DNA of 64,000 nt. Origin: Chloroflexota bacterium. Lineage in GTDB: Bacteria > Chloroflexota > Dehalococcoidia > GIF9 > JBFMDU01. Under the pieces are notes generated by a model. The model was not told where the DNA came from, made no database searches, and saw only the letters and a list, made by a program, of their open reading frames with translations. Every line of letters starts with the position of its first letter. Position 1 is the first letter of the stretch. Location of the stretch: positions 172,856 through 236,855 of the forward strand of contig JBFMDU010000021.1 in assembly GCA_040753815.1 (NCBI GenBank), read 5' to 3'. This document shows, one piece after another, positions 16,800-32,802 of the stretch. The position numbers were made by a program, and so were the translations under genes.

Positions 16800-17360
16800 A
16801 TGAGTTTTATCAGGAGCGCCAGAGAAATCGCCGCCGAGAAAGTGGAGAAGATAGGCAGGCTCTCGGAGGACGAGCAGAGGCGACTTAAAGAGCAGGAGAT
16901 AGGACAGGCGGGGGTGGCGCTGGCAGAGAAGTATCTGGGAAGCAGTGATGAGCGAGTGCTGGAGGACGCCTTTGAGCGTTACGGTGTCGAAGAGCGAAAA
17001 CTCCTCGGCAAAGCGGTGCTGGAGTGGTTGTTGCAGACGGTTGAACTCAGGCCGCCGGGTCGGCTTGATACAGTGATACGCGGTATCGCTAGTCTTCCCG
17101 GGACGGAAAAACTGGGGCCGGGAATCGTCAGGCTCCGGGATGTGTTCGCACACTATCAGACGGCGGAAAATGATATCCGCGGGCAGATTGACCGCGAAGG
17201 TAAAGAAGCGCTTCACCGGCTCCGAATTTCCGGGACCGCGGTGGGCGAAATCAACATCCGGGCCAGACCGGAGTGGGAGCAGAAGGTCAAAGGCCTGTCT
17301 GAGCCTTATATTCAGGAACTGGAAGCGGTAAAAAAGGAGTTGCTTTCGGCCGCTGGTTGA
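16800..17360 (+). CDS. Conserved hypothetical helical protein
   Basis: 186-aa ORF at the head of the HIT-ligA unit. Confidence 0.75.
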   Translation: MSFIRSAREIAAEKVEKIGRLSEDEQRRLKEQEIGQAGVALAEKYLGSSDERVLEDAFERYGVEERKLLGKAVLEWLLQTVELRPPGRLDTVIRGIASLPGTEKLGPGIVRLRDVFAHYQTAENDIRGQIDREGKEALHRLRISGTAVGEINIRARPEWEQKVKGLSEPYIQELEAVKKELLSAAG

Positions 17361-17418
17361 TGCGGCCGCGGCTGGCGGAGAGAAGATACTAAAAAATTAG
17401 TAAGGAGGGCGACGGTTG

Positions 17419-20214
<2,796 letters not shown>

Positions 20215-20253
20215 GTCCGGCGTACATTTGCCTGATACGGCCGGGGGTGCCTT

Positions 20254-20907
20254 ATCGCTAAATTACTGGTTGGCCTCGGGAACCCTGACCGGAGCTTCGC
20301 TCATAACCGCCACAACATCGGGTTCATGTGCATTAGCCGCTTTGCCAGACGGCATGGTATTGAATTAAAGAAGAAGCATTGCCGCTCGCGGGTTGGGGTA
20401 GGGAAAGTGGGTGGGGTTGACATAGTGGTGGCCAAACCACAGACATACATGAATGCTTCAGGCGAGGCGGTGGCTCAGCTTGTTGACCGGTACCGGATTG
20501 CTCTGGAAGATATTCTGGTGGTTCATGACGACCTCGATTTGCCGCTGGGGCGTATCCGGTTAAGGTCATCGGGAAGTTCGGGCGGCCATAAGGGGCTGAA
20601 GTCGATTGTCGCGGAAGTTGGCAGTGAGGAGTTTGCACGACTTAAGGTCGGCATAGGACGTCCCGAGCGGGACAGCGGCATCGAGACGGTGGTCGGCTAC
20701 GTGCTTGGTGACTTCAAGCCGGACGAAAGTGGACTGGTTGAGGAGGTGATTGAGCGTGCGGTGGCGGCGATGGAGCGCTTTGTGACCAGGGGCATCACCA
20801 TGGCGATGAATGAGTATAATGCCCCATCCCCCTGTTCTCGACAAAAAGGGAAAATGACCAAAAGGGACATTGCCCTCTTAGCTCTCACCCGTAAGAGAGG
20901 GGTATAG
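20254..20907 (+). CDS. pth: Peptidyl-tRNA hydrolase (probable ATC start)
   Basis: IAKLLVGLGNP..NRHNIGFM..KPQTYMN.SG..HDDLD..GGHKG. The conserved N-terminus lies upstream of the first ATG (20326). Confidence 0.93.
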   Translation: MAKLLVGLGNPDRSFAHNRHNIGFMCISRFARRHGIELKKKHCRSRVGVGKVGGVDIVVAKPQTYMNASGEAVAQLVDRYRIALEDILVVHDDLDLPLGRIRLRSSGSSGGHKGLKSIVAEVGSEEFARLKVGIGRPERDSGIETVVGYVLGDFKPDESGLVEEVIERAVAAMERFVTRGITMAMNEYNAPSPCSRQKGKMTKRDIALLALTRKRGV

Positions 20908-20920
20908 AATACAGTAATCG

Positions 20921-21838
20921 ATGGCTGTAATTAGTGACGTAAAGGGCTGGGTGTTTGACATCCAGCGGTATTCGATACATGACGGGCCGGGAATACGGAC
21001 TACGGTATTCTTCAAGGGCTGTCCCCTGCGGTGTCTATGGTGTGATAACCCGGAGTCGCAGAAGCCGGTGCCGGAGATACTATTCTTTGAATCGCTGTGT
21101 CAGCGTTGTTATCGCTGTGTCCAGGTATGTCTGACCGGTGCGACCTCGGTAGGTAAGGATGGTGCTATCCAGATTGACCGGAGCAAATGTACCGGATGCG
21201 GCAAATGTGCCGAGCAGTGCCTCAATGAGGCGAGGGTGCTTTCCGGGAAGCAGATGACGGCGGCGGAGGTGGTGGAGGTGGTCAAGAAGGACACACTTTT
21301 TTATGCCAATTCCCGAGGCGGTGTTACCGCATCCGGGGGAGAGCCTTTCTACCAGCCGGAGTTCCTCAAGGAGATTTTCCGGCTGTGCCGCGAGCTGGGG
21401 ATACATACCGCGGTTGAGACATCGGGCCATGCGAAATGGCGGGTCATTGAAGGCGCCTTGCCGTACATTGATTTGTTCCTGTACGACGTTAAGCACCTGG
21501 ACACAGCGAAGCACTACGAACTTACCGGCGTGGACAATTCACTCGTTTTGGAGAATTTGCGTAAGGTCGTGGCCGCGGGCAAACGGGTCATTCTTCGCGT
21601 GCCTTTGATACCTGGGTGTAATGACCAGCCGGAAGAGCTTGAGGCGCTGGCCGGGCTGGCTAAGGAACTGGGCATTAAGCGGTTGGATGTCATGGCTTAC
21701 CACCGGCTCGGCGAGAAGAAATACGAGCGGCTGGGGCGTAGTTACCAGCTTGAGAACGTGGCCCAGTACCGTGAAGATGAGGTTGGAGTGATGCTAGGCG
21801 TACTGAAGAACCAAGGGCTTGATGTGAGGCTGTCCTGA
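20921..21838 (+). CDS. Glycyl-radical enzyme activating protein with ferredoxin insert
   Basis: HDGPGIRTTVFFKGCPLRCLWCDNPES, two CxxCxxCxxxC motifs, SGGEP. Confidence 0.93.
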   Translation: MAVISDVKGWVFDIQRYSIHDGPGIRTTVFFKGCPLRCLWCDNPESQKPVPEILFFESLCQRCYRCVQVCLTGATSVGKDGAIQIDRSKCTGCGKCAEQCLNEARVLSGKQMTAAEVVEVVKKDTLFYANSRGGVTASGGEPFYQPEFLKEIFRLCRELGIHTAVETSGHAKWRVIEGALPYIDLFLYDVKHLDTAKHYELTGVDNSLVLENLRKVVAAGKRVILRVPLIPGCNDQPEELEALAGLAKELGIKRLDVMAYHRLGEKKYERLGRSYQLENVAQYREDEVGVMLGVLKNQGLDVRLS

Positions 21839-21845
21839 AAAACAG

Positions 21846-21880
21846 AAATTCCAAGTGCCAGGAGCCAAATTCCAAAACAA
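21846..21880 (+). repeat. Degenerate heptanucleotide tandem repeat
   Basis: AAATTCC AAGTGCC AGGAGCC AAATTCC AAAACAA. Confidence 0.55.
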
Positions 21881-21912
21881 AGTTGAATGGCCAGATGCTT
21901 GAGGGGGTATAA

Positions 21913-22398
21913 GTGAGCAAGCGAACGGGACCGTTAATAGGGGTTATCGGCTCCGGTAGTTGCTCGGTTGGTGAAGCTAAGGTAGCCGAAGAGGTCGGCC
22001 GGCGGCTGGCTAAAGCGGGTGCGGTGCTGATATGCGGCGGCCTTAGTGGGATGATGGAGGCGGCTTGCCGAGGTGCTTTCAGAGAAGGTGGATTGACTAT
22101 CGGCATACTGCCGGGCCAGGACACGAAAAGCGCTAACCGATACGTTGCGGTACCGATAGCCACCGGACTCGGCGAGGCGCGGAACGTCATTATCGCCAGG
22201 ACAGCGCAGGCGGTTATCGCTATCGGCGGTGAGTACGGCACGCTGAGCGAGATCGCTTTTGCCCTTAAGGCGGGGGTACCGGTGGTTGGACTGGGGACAT
22301 GGAAGCTGTCCCGGATGGGACAGGTCAAAGACCCTATCATCCGGGCGACGGATGCGGCCGATGCCGTGGATAAGGCTCTTTCACTGGCGCGGAGATAG
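21913..22398 (+). CDS. LOG/SLOG-family protein (TIGR00725-like)
   Basis: ICGGLSGMMEAA, GILPG, ARN, GGEYGTLSEIA. Confidence 0.9.
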   Translation: MSKRTGPLIGVIGSGSCSVGEAKVAEEVGRRLAKAGAVLICGGLSGMMEAACRGAFREGGLTIGILPGQDTKSANRYVAVPIATGLGEARNVIIARTAQAVIAIGGEYGTLSEIAFALKAGVPVVGLGTWKLSRMGQVKDPIIRATDAADAVDKALSLARR

Positions 22399-22498
22399 GC
22401 AACCTCTGGCTCTGGTGCTAAAATACACGGAATTGAAACCAATACTTACGGCTTCCCAAGTGTGTAGAGGAAAAGCCCAGCGATTTCCGGCAGGTTAA

Positions 22499-24795
<2,297 letters not shown>

Positions 24796-24800
24796 CTTAT

Positions 24801-25217
24801 ATGGGGAAGGGGGATGATTTCAGGGCGACAAAGAAACGAGTCAGCGGCCTCAAGCTGGTCTACAAGAAGCATCCGCAGAAAGACCTGTTGATAGCCTTGC
24901 CTAACCCGAATCCCGGGAGGGGTTACGAAATCGAGGTGGTCAGTCCGGAATTCACCTCCCTGTGCCCGCTGAATCCCGGCCAGCCCGATTATGCCACGGT
25001 CGCTATCCGGTACGTGCCGGATAAGAAAATTATTGAATTGAAGTCGCTGAAGTTTTATTTGACCAGCTACCGGACGGCGGAGGTATTTTTTGAGGATGCG
25101 ACCAATCGAATTCTCGACGACCTGGTTACGGTGATTAAGCCGAGGAAGATGGAGGTGGTGGCCGATTGGAATGTCCGCGGCGGTATTGCGGTGACGGTAC
25201 GGGTAAGCTATCCGTAG
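24801..25217 (+). CDS. queF: PreQ0 reductase
   Basis: PEFTSLCP..GQPD, ELKSLKFY, RGGI. Confidence 0.92.
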   Translation: MGKGDDFRATKKRVSGLKLVYKKHPQKDLLIALPNPNPGRGYEIEVVSPEFTSLCPLNPGQPDYATVAIRYVPDKKIIELKSLKFYLTSYRTAEVFFEDATNRILDDLVTVIKPRKMEVVADWNVRGGIAVTVRVSYP

Positions 25218-25319
25218 CTATTGAGTCGGTTGGGTGATTTCGCATTATATCTCTGTGACGATGGTGGTAGAATGAAAGACCTCTCGGCGGGGAGTTATTT
25301 TTGAAATTAGGAGGGATGA

Positions 25320-26336
<1,017 letters not shown>

Positions 26337-26394
26337 CCAAGGTTCCCTCTCCCTCCAGCTTCATCCTAAAGGGAGAGGTTGGGAGTAACTGAAT

Positions 26395-26982
26395 ATGCGG
26401 GGTGAGCTTCCAAGGCGGCTTTTTCACTTTCTTGGTAGCTTGACGATTGCGATCGCTGGTCTGGTACTTGTTGACCATCTATTTCTCCCTCTGCTTCTGC
26501 TTGCTACGGCTGGTTTCGTGGGTCTCGATGCCGCCAGGTTCGTCAGCCGCGGAGTGAACCGGTGGTTCCTACGGGTCTTCCGCGTCATGATGCGTGATCA
26601 GGAGACTGCGAGAATCACCGGTGCCAGCTATATGGCGCTGGGTGCGGCGCTTGCCTTTCTGCTTTTTGATAAGGTGGTTGCTTCGATGGCGGTATGCTTT
26701 CTGGCGGTTGGCGACCCGGTATCGGGTATGATTGGTGGTAAATGGGGTGGACTGCTTACGCGGAAAAAGAGTTTGGCCAGTAGTGCCGGTTGTCTGGCCG
26801 CGTGCCTTACAGTGGCATTAGTTTTTTACTATAGACTCGTGGTGCCGCTGGATGCGGCAGTACTCGGTGCGTTCTTTGCTGTGGTAGTTGAATCATTGCC
26901 ATTGCCGGTTGATGATAACCTTACTATCCCGGTGGTTTCCGGCGGTGCGGCCACGCTGGCACAATTGCTCGGCGCCGGATAA
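26395..26982 (+). CDS. CTP-dependent polyprenol/diacylglycerol kinase family membrane protein
   Basis: RRLFH, GDP..G..GG, KKSL, DDNLTIP. Confidence 0.85.
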   Translation: MRGELPRRLFHFLGSLTIAIAGLVLVDHLFLPLLLLATAGFVGLDAARFVSRGVNRWFLRVFRVMMRDQETARITGASYMALGAALAFLLFDKVVASMAVCFLAVGDPVSGMIGGKWGGLLTRKKSLASSAGCLAACLTVALVFYYRLVVPLDAAVLGAFFAVVVESLPLPVDDNLTIPVVSGGAATLAQLLGAG

Positions 26983-27077
26983 GCCGGGTTTGGTAGTTTG
27001 ATACGGCATTAAATAGTATAATTGGGTCAGGACTGACGACAGCCGCTCGCCGGCTTTTCAGGGCGAAACGGGTTCGG

Positions 27078-28742
27078 ATGACATCACAGGTATTTTATCG
27101 TAAATGGCGTCCCCAGACTTTTACCGAGGTCTCCGGGCAGGAGCATGTCACCCAGACCCTGCGCAACGCGATTAGCGCGGGTCGGATTGCTCACGCCTAT
27201 CTTTTCTGCGGGCCCCGGGGCACGGGTAAGACGAGCACCGGGCGTATTTTGGCAAAAGCAGTTAATTGTCTGAGTCTGAGCCAGGGCGAGCCGTGCGGTA
27301 AGTGCGAGGTGTGCCAGGCGTTTGCCGAAGGGCGCCTGCTTGATGTTATTGAGATAGACGCCGCTAGCAACCGTGGTATTGACGAGATACGCGACCTGCG
27401 GCAGAAGGTCAACTACGCACCTGGAATTGCCCGCTACAAGGTATATATTATCGACGAAGTACATATGCTGACCGAGCAAGCGTCCAATGCTCTGCTGAAG
27501 ACCCTGGAAGAGCCGCCATCGCACACCATCTTCATTCTGGCGACAACAGAGCCGCATAAAGTTCTGCCGACGATTCTATCCCGGTGTCAGCGTTTTGACT
27601 TCCGGCGCATCGCGCAATCGGCGGTGGTCAAGCGTCTGGAGCTTATTGCCGAGAAGGAGGGGATTACTATCCCCGCCGAAGGTCTCCGTCTGGTAGCGCG
27701 GGCGGCTACCGGCAGTCTGCGCGACGCCGCCAATCTGCTAGAACAACTTATCGCTTACTACGGTAAAAACATCGAGTTCACGCAAGTGCGCGAGATGCTG
27801 GGTGTCACCGGTGATGCTCGGATCAAAGAACTGGCTAAGCAGGTGTTGGACCGCGATACCGCTGCCAGTCTGCGGACGGTTGCCAGCGTCAATCGCGATG
27901 GTCTCGATTTGCGTCAGTTCAATCGTGAACTGGTACAGTACTTCAGGGGGCTACTTCTGGTCAAGTCTGGCTCAGAGGAGGCAGTTGATGTTACCGCCGA
28001 GGACCTGGCCGAGATGAAAGGTTTCGTTGCTCTGGTTACACCGGAGCGACTGCTCAAGGTCGTCCGCATATTTAATGATGCTGACCTGCGTCTGGACAGC
28101 TATTCAGCCCTTCCTCTGGAGCTGGCCGTGGTGGAAAGCACTGTTAGTGAAGAGAAGGCACCTGTCACGCGTATGGTAAAGCCAGTTGAAGCACCAAAGC
28201 CGGCAGAGGCGTCGCCAGCCAGGCCGGTAAGGCCGGAGTCGCCCAGGGCCGCAGCAGTGCCACCGGTGAAGTCAGCGGCGGCGGAGCCGCCGACGATGAA
28301 ACCAGCGGAACCAAAGTCGGTGGAAGACCAGGTCAAGCCCACGGAGCAGGTCAAGACACTGGCTGAGGGCCAACTTAATATCGAGTATCTCAAACTCCGG
28401 TGGAAGGACTTTGTCGAATCGTTGCGTGGAGTGGGATCAAGCGGCAATATGGATGCTGTATTACGCAGTGCCTGTCAACCGGTTGAGATTGAAGGGGACA
28501 CGATCACCCTGGCTTTTTACTGGGATTTCCATAAGGCAAAGATAGAGGACCCGAAGTACCGTTTTCTGGTTGAAAAGAAACTGGCAGAGGTTTTCGGCCA
28601 GCCTTATCGGGTTAAATGTGTCCTCAGGGAGAAAGCGAAAAAGGAATCGTCAAACTCCGGTGAGGACAATTATATGGCCAAGGCCGCTATGAAGATGGGC
28701 GCCCGCATCGTTAACAAGCGACCGATAGTGGAGGGTCAATGA
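27078..28742 (+). CDS. dnaX: DNA polymerase III gamma/tau
   Basis: YRKWRPQTF, GPRGTGKT, EIDAASN, IIDEVH, SRCQ. Confidence 0.98.
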   Translation: MTSQVFYRKWRPQTFTEVSGQEHVTQTLRNAISAGRIAHAYLFCGPRGTGKTSTGRILAKAVNCLSLSQGEPCGKCEVCQAFAEGRLLDVIEIDAASNRGIDEIRDLRQKVNYAPGIARYKVYIIDEVHMLTEQASNALLKTLEEPPSHTIFILATTEPHKVLPTILSRCQRFDFRRIAQSAVVKRLELIAEKEGITIPAEGLRLVARAATGSLRDAANLLEQLIAYYGKNIEFTQVREMLGVTGDARIKELAKQVLDRDTAASLRTVASVNRDGLDLRQFNRELVQYFRGLLLVKSGSEEAVDVTAEDLAEMKGFVALVTPERLLKVVRIFNDADLRLDSYSALPLELAVVESTVSEEKAPVTRMVKPVEAPKPAEASPARPVRPESPRAAAVPPVKSAAAEPPTMKPAEPKSVEDQVKPTEQVKTLAEGQLNIEYLKLRWKDFVESLRGVGSSGNMDAVLRSACQPVEIEGDTITLAFYWDFHKAKIEDPKYRFLVEKKLAEVFGQPYRVKCVLREKAKKESSNSGEDNYMAKAAMKMGARIVNKRPIVEGQ

Positions 28743-29044
28743 ACAGGAACATCATGCGCCAGGCACAGGAACTGCAGGCCCGGCTGGCCAAGGCACAGCA
28801 GGAGCTTGCTGAGGCGAGCGTAGATGGTACAGCCGGTGGTGGGGTGGTGACGGTGACGATGGATGGGCAGCAGCGTGTTAAGGCGGTCAGGATATCACCG
28901 GATGTGGTTAAAGCTGAGGATGTGGAGATGCTTCAGGACCTGATTGTGGCTGCGATTAACGAGGTGACCCGGAAATCACAGGAACTGGCGTCGAGCCGGC
29001 TGAGCGCTATTACCGGTGGGCTTAAAATCCCCGGGCTTACCTAG
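28739..29044 (+). CDS. ybaB: YbaB/EbfC nucleoid-associated protein
   Basis: AQELQ..GGGVV.V..DG..LQDLI.AA.N; dnaX-recR context. Confidence 0.95.
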   Translation: MNRNIMRQAQELQARLAKAQQELAEASVDGTAGGGVVTVTMDGQQRVKAVRISPDVVKAEDVEMLQDLIVAAINEVTRKSQELASSRLSAITGGLKIPGLT

Positions 29045-29062
29045 GGGGTCTTTGCCGCCGAT

Positions 29063-29638
29063 ATGGACTTGCAGGGGCTTCTCGACTCCGGGCTGGCGCA
29101 TGAACTGATTGTGCTCATCGTCGCCGTTTTTCCGATTGCCGAATTACGCGGCGCGCTCCCGGTAGCCATCAATGTCTTTAACATGCCGTGGCCGCAGGCA
29201 GTATTGCTTTCAATCGTCGGGAACATGCTGCCGGTGCCGATAATTCTTCTGTTCTTCGAATTCGTCTACCGGGGACTCAAACGCTTTCATCTGATGGACA
29301 GATTTTTCAACTGGCTTTTTGCCTACACACGCCGGAGGAGCCGTATCATTGAGAGGTATCATGCGGCTGGCCTTCTCCTTTTCGTGGCGGTGCCGCTCCC
29401 GTTTACCGGTGCCTGGACGGGATGCCTGGCAGCTTTTCTGCTCGGAATGAGATTCTGGGCGGCGTTTCTGGCTGTCTTGGGTGGTGTAATTATCGCGGCG
29501 GCCATAGTTACCACCCTGGCGCTCCTTGGCTGGGTGGGGGCAGTTGTAGCCGGAGTTGGTCTGGGTGCTGTGGCTGTCGTATGGACACTTGGTATGTTCC
29601 GGGGCAGACGGATAGCGGTGACCAAGCCTGCCGGGTAA
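29063..29638 (+). CDS. Small multidrug export (COG2426-like) membrane protein
   Basis: PIAELRGALP, LFVAVPLPFTGAWTG. Confidence 0.85.
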   Translation: MDLQGLLDSGLAHELIVLIVAVFPIAELRGALPVAINVFNMPWPQAVLLSIVGNMLPVPIILLFFEFVYRGLKRFHLMDRFFNWLFAYTRRRSRIIERYHAAGLLLFVAVPLPFTGAWTGCLAAFLLGMRFWAAFLAVLGGVIIAAAIVTTLALLGWVGAVVAGVGLGAVAVVWTLGMFRGRRIAVTKPAG

Positions 29639-29670
29639 TAGCTTGAGGGACTTCATTTGGAGGAGACTTT

Positions 29671-30282
29671 TTGAAAGGCAACATTATACCTACGGCGCAG
29701 CCGGTGGCCCGGTTAATTGAGGAGTTGAGCAAGCTACCCGGTATCGGTCCCAAGAGCGCTCAGCGCATGACCTATTATCTTCTGCGTGTTCCCATTGATG
29801 AGGTGAAAGCGCTGGCCGAGGCTATCATTGATGTCAAGGAAAAGATTACTCTTTGCTCAACCTGTTTCAACATCACCGATACAGACCCTTGCCTCATATG
29901 CCGCGATGAGGGCCGTGAGCGTAGCCGTATCTGTATTGTTGAGGACCCGTTGGATATCCTGCCACTGGAGCGGACGAGGAAGTACCGCGGCGTCTACCAC
30001 GTCCTGCATGGTGTAATCTCTCCTGGTGATGGGGTGGGTCCGGAGGACTTGAAAATCAAGGAGCTGTTGGGTCGCCTTAATAGCGGCTACGTTACGGAAA
30101 TCATCCTAGCCACCAACCCGAACGTTGAGGGTGAAGCTACGGCGATGTATCTCCAGCGTCTCATAACGCCGCTCGGCGTTAAGGTTACCCGCCTGGCTAG
30201 GGGGCTTCCTTACGGAGCAGACCTGGAATATGCCGATGACGCCACGCTGAGCCGTGCCCTCGAGGGCAGACAGGAATTCTGA
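29671..30282 (+). CDS. recR: Recombination protein RecR
   Basis: [12 protein letters not shown]4 Zn finger, [18 protein letters not shown]. Confidence 0.98.
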   Translation: MKGNIIPTAQPVARLIEELSKLPGIGPKSAQRMTYYLLRVPIDEVKALAEAIIDVKEKITLCSTCFNITDTDPCLICRDEGRERSRICIVEDPLDILPLERTRKYRGVYHVLHGVISPGDGVGPEDLKIKELLGRLNSGYVTEIILATNPNVEGEATAMYLQRLITPLGVKVTRLARGLPYGADLEYADDATLSRALEGRQEF

Positions 30283-30286
30283 GTCT

Positions 30287-31126
30287 ATGCCGACTCCCCG
30301 CAACTATCAAGCCGAGGTTATTGTTCTCAAGCATAGGGGATTCGGGGAAGCCGATAAAGTCCTGACCCTGTATACGCTGGAGTACGGGAAGGTCCGGGCA
30401 GTTGCTAAGGGCATTAGAAGGCCAGGTAGTAAGCTTGGCGGGCACGTTGACCTTTTAACTCACAGCCAGTTGATGCTGGCCCGTGGCCGTAATCTTGATA
30501 TTATCACTCAGGCGCAGACCATCGACTCTTTTATCGAGCTTAAGAGCGACCTGGACCGACTGTCATACGGTCTCTACGTGGCCGAGCTTGTGGACTGCTT
30601 TACCGAGGAGCGTATGGAGAGCCGGGCGGTCTTCGATTTGACGCTCAACACTCTCCTGCGTCTGTCGGAGGCCTCGTCTCCGGATATTGCACTCAGGTAC
30701 TTTGAGCTACATCTGGTAGACCTTCTGGGCTATCGGCCTCGCCTTCATAATTGTGCTTCTTGCAACACGCTACTCCAGCCAGTTACGAACTTCTTTCATC
30801 CGGTCAGTGGCGGTGTTCTGTGTCCTGACTGCGCTATGAATGTATCGACGGTCCGCCATCTCAGCCTTAATGCTTTCAAAATACTGCGCCTGTGGCAGGA
30901 TTGCAGTTTTGACAATGCCTGCCGGGTCAGGCTAAACGGCGAGCTGGCCGGTGAGCTGGAAATGGTGATGAGGTCGTACGTGAAGTACTTGCTTGAGCGC
31001 GACCTTAAGGCTACGGCGTGGCTCGACAGACTGAAGCGGGACAGGTTGTCTGGTAATATGTCCAGGCTGGTGGGTGTTGACAGTGCCGATATTGGAGACT
31101 ACAATTCCGCCTTAATCGGCAGGTAA
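30287..31126 (+). CDS. recO: DNA repair protein RecO
   Basis: GEADK.LTLYT..GKV.AVAKG.R, LGYRP.L..C..C, GGVLC..C. Confidence 0.95.
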   Translation: MPTPRNYQAEVIVLKHRGFGEADKVLTLYTLEYGKVRAVAKGIRRPGSKLGGHVDLLTHSQLMLARGRNLDIITQAQTIDSFIELKSDLDRLSYGLYVAELVDCFTEERMESRAVFDLTLNTLLRLSEASSPDIALRYFELHLVDLLGYRPRLHNCASCNTLLQPVTNFFHPVSGGVLCPDCAMNVSTVRHLSLNAFKILRLWQDCSFDNACRVRLNGELAGELEMVMRSYVKYLLERDLKATAWLDRLKRDRLSGNMSRLVGVDSADIGDYNSALIGR

Positions 31127-31245
31127 CTGTATGCACTGGTCGATTAGCGGTTCGTCGCGGCCTCGGCCATCAATGACCGAGCCATAGGCGCAGATTCATG
31201 CCTCACTTGGATGTTGTCTCTTGTTTCTCCGAGTAGATTCCACTT

Positions 31246-32802
31246 ATGACTTCTGAATCCTATCGTCCTAAGCCAGGCGACAGGGTTGTCCGCGTCCGCC
31301 GTTTGAAGGCGCATCCCCTGCGGCGTATCATGGGTATCCCGGCACTATTTAGTACTACCTATGGTGATGTCGGGTCGTCCATCTACTACGCGCTTGGTCT
31401 GGTGGCGACGGTGGCGTTAGGAGCAACGCCGGTTGCGCTGGGTATTGCCGCAATATTTTTCATCTGTACGGCGCTGACTTATGCTGAGGGGACGGCGATG
31501 ATTCCTGAGGCCGGCGGCTCGTCTACTTTCGCCCGGCATGCCTTCAACAATCTGTCCGGCTTTATATCCGGGTGGGCGCTGATGTTCGGCTATATCGTAA
31601 CTATCGCCATTTCGGCTTATACTATTCCGTCTTACCTGGGCTTCTTCTGGCCGGTATTGAAGGGTTCGGCTTTTCTGGGGACATCAGTGGCCATCGGCGT
31701 GGTAGCTTTTCTGATACTGATTAACGTCCTTGGGGTCCGTGAGTCTTCGGTATTTAATCTCGGGCTTGCCGTTTTAAGCCTTTTAACGCAACTGCTCTTG
31801 ATACTCTTGGCGTTCATCTTTCTTTTCTCGCCATCGGTCTTTTTCGAGCGGATTATTAACTACTGGCCATCCACGGGCAACCTGCTGTTTGGCGTGGCCA
31901 TTGCAGCCATCGCCTATACGGGGGTGGAAACGGCTTCCCAGATGGTGGAGGAGGCCCGGCGTCCCAGGGTAAGCGTGCCGAGAACATTGACGTTGCTTAT
32001 ATTCGTAGTTGTTATCATATTTGGCGGTATTTGCGCCGCGGCTTTTTCGGCAATGACGCCTGAGGAGCTGGCTACGGACTGGGCGAAGGACCCGGTAGCG
32101 GGTATTGCCCATGGCATCCTGTCCACGCTAACACCTGAAAGAGCTGTCGTGAGCGGCGATTTGATGGCGACTCTGGTGCTAACCCGTATTTTTGAGGTGC
32201 TTCACAGCTTTTTACCGGTGCTGATCTCAGTGCTTGCGGCAACGATTCTGATGATAGCGACCAATGCCGGCCTTATGGGCATATCCCGCTTGGCCTTCTC
32301 GTTGGGCCGTTTCCAGTTGGTACCGCCGGAGATGTCGCGGATTCACCCGCGCTTCAGAACGCCGTATCCTTCTATTGTCCTGTTCGGCCTCGTAGCAATC
32401 CTGCTTTTGGTGCCGGGGTTCTTCTGGCCGGACGTATTTGAGAAGCTGGGCGGACTATACGCGTTTGGCTCAATGCTGTCTTTTAGTTTCGCTCACGCCG
32501 CTATTATTGGTCTAAGGATACGTAAGCCAAATGAGGGACGGCCATTCAAGTTAGGGTGGAACATCAAAGTGGCCGGGCGCGAGTTGCCGTTCAGCGCAAT
32601 ATTCGGTCTTCTAGGTACATTATCAATCTGGATAGTTATTCTGGTCTCGCAACCGATAAGCCGCTATGTTGGGTTCGCCTGGATGGTTGGCGGCGTGGTC
32701 ATGTATCTGGTATATCGCGGACGTAAAAAGATGGCTGGGGGCGGGGGTGGGGAGGACATTGCCGTCTCCAGTGGTTCGACTTATAATGGGCGTCTACCAT
32801 GA
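31246..32802 (+). CDS. APC-superfamily permease
   Basis: About 12 TM helices, GDVGSSIYY, PEAGG, YTGVE, FRTPY. Confidence 0.92.
   Translation: MTSESYRPKPGDRVVRVRRLKAHPLRRIMGIPALFSTTYGDVGSSIYYALGLVATVALGATPVALGIAAIFFICTALTYAEGTAMIPEAGGSSTFARHAFNNLSGFISGWALMFGYIVTIAISAYTIPSYLGFFWPVLKGSAFLGTSVAIGVVAFLILINVLGVRESSVFNLGLAVLSLLTQLLLILLAFIFLFSPSVFFERIINYWPSTGNLLFGVAIAAIAYTGVETASQMVEEARRPRVSVPRTLTLLIFVVVIIFGGICAAAFSAMTPEELATDWAKDPVAGIAHGILSTLTPERAVVSGDLMATLVLTRIFEVLHSFLPVLISVLAATILMIATNAGLMGISRLAFSLGRFQLVPPEMSRIHPRFRTPYPSIVLFGLVAILLLVPGFFWPDVFEKLGGLYAFGSMLSFSFAHAAIIGLRIRKPNEGRPFKLGWNIKVAGRELPFSAIFGLLGTLSIWIVILVSQPISRYVGFAWMVGGVVMYLVYRGRKKMAGGGGGEDIAVSSGSTYNGRLP

Noticed and set aside
27020-27077. SRP RNA upstream of dnaX (GGGTCAGGAC...CAGCC)
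   Set aside because: Lacks the GNRA-capped helix and AGCAG of domain IV, and the space after the TATAAT is too short.
28140-28370. Programmed -1 frameshift in dnaX
   Set aside because: No A-AAA-AAG or long A run seen in the Pro-rich linker.
31127-31245. c-di-AMP (ydaO) riboswitch ahead of the APC-TrkA operon
   Set aside because: The conserved GCUGAA, GGGGA and CCGUCAGCUAAC segments and a terminator are absent.
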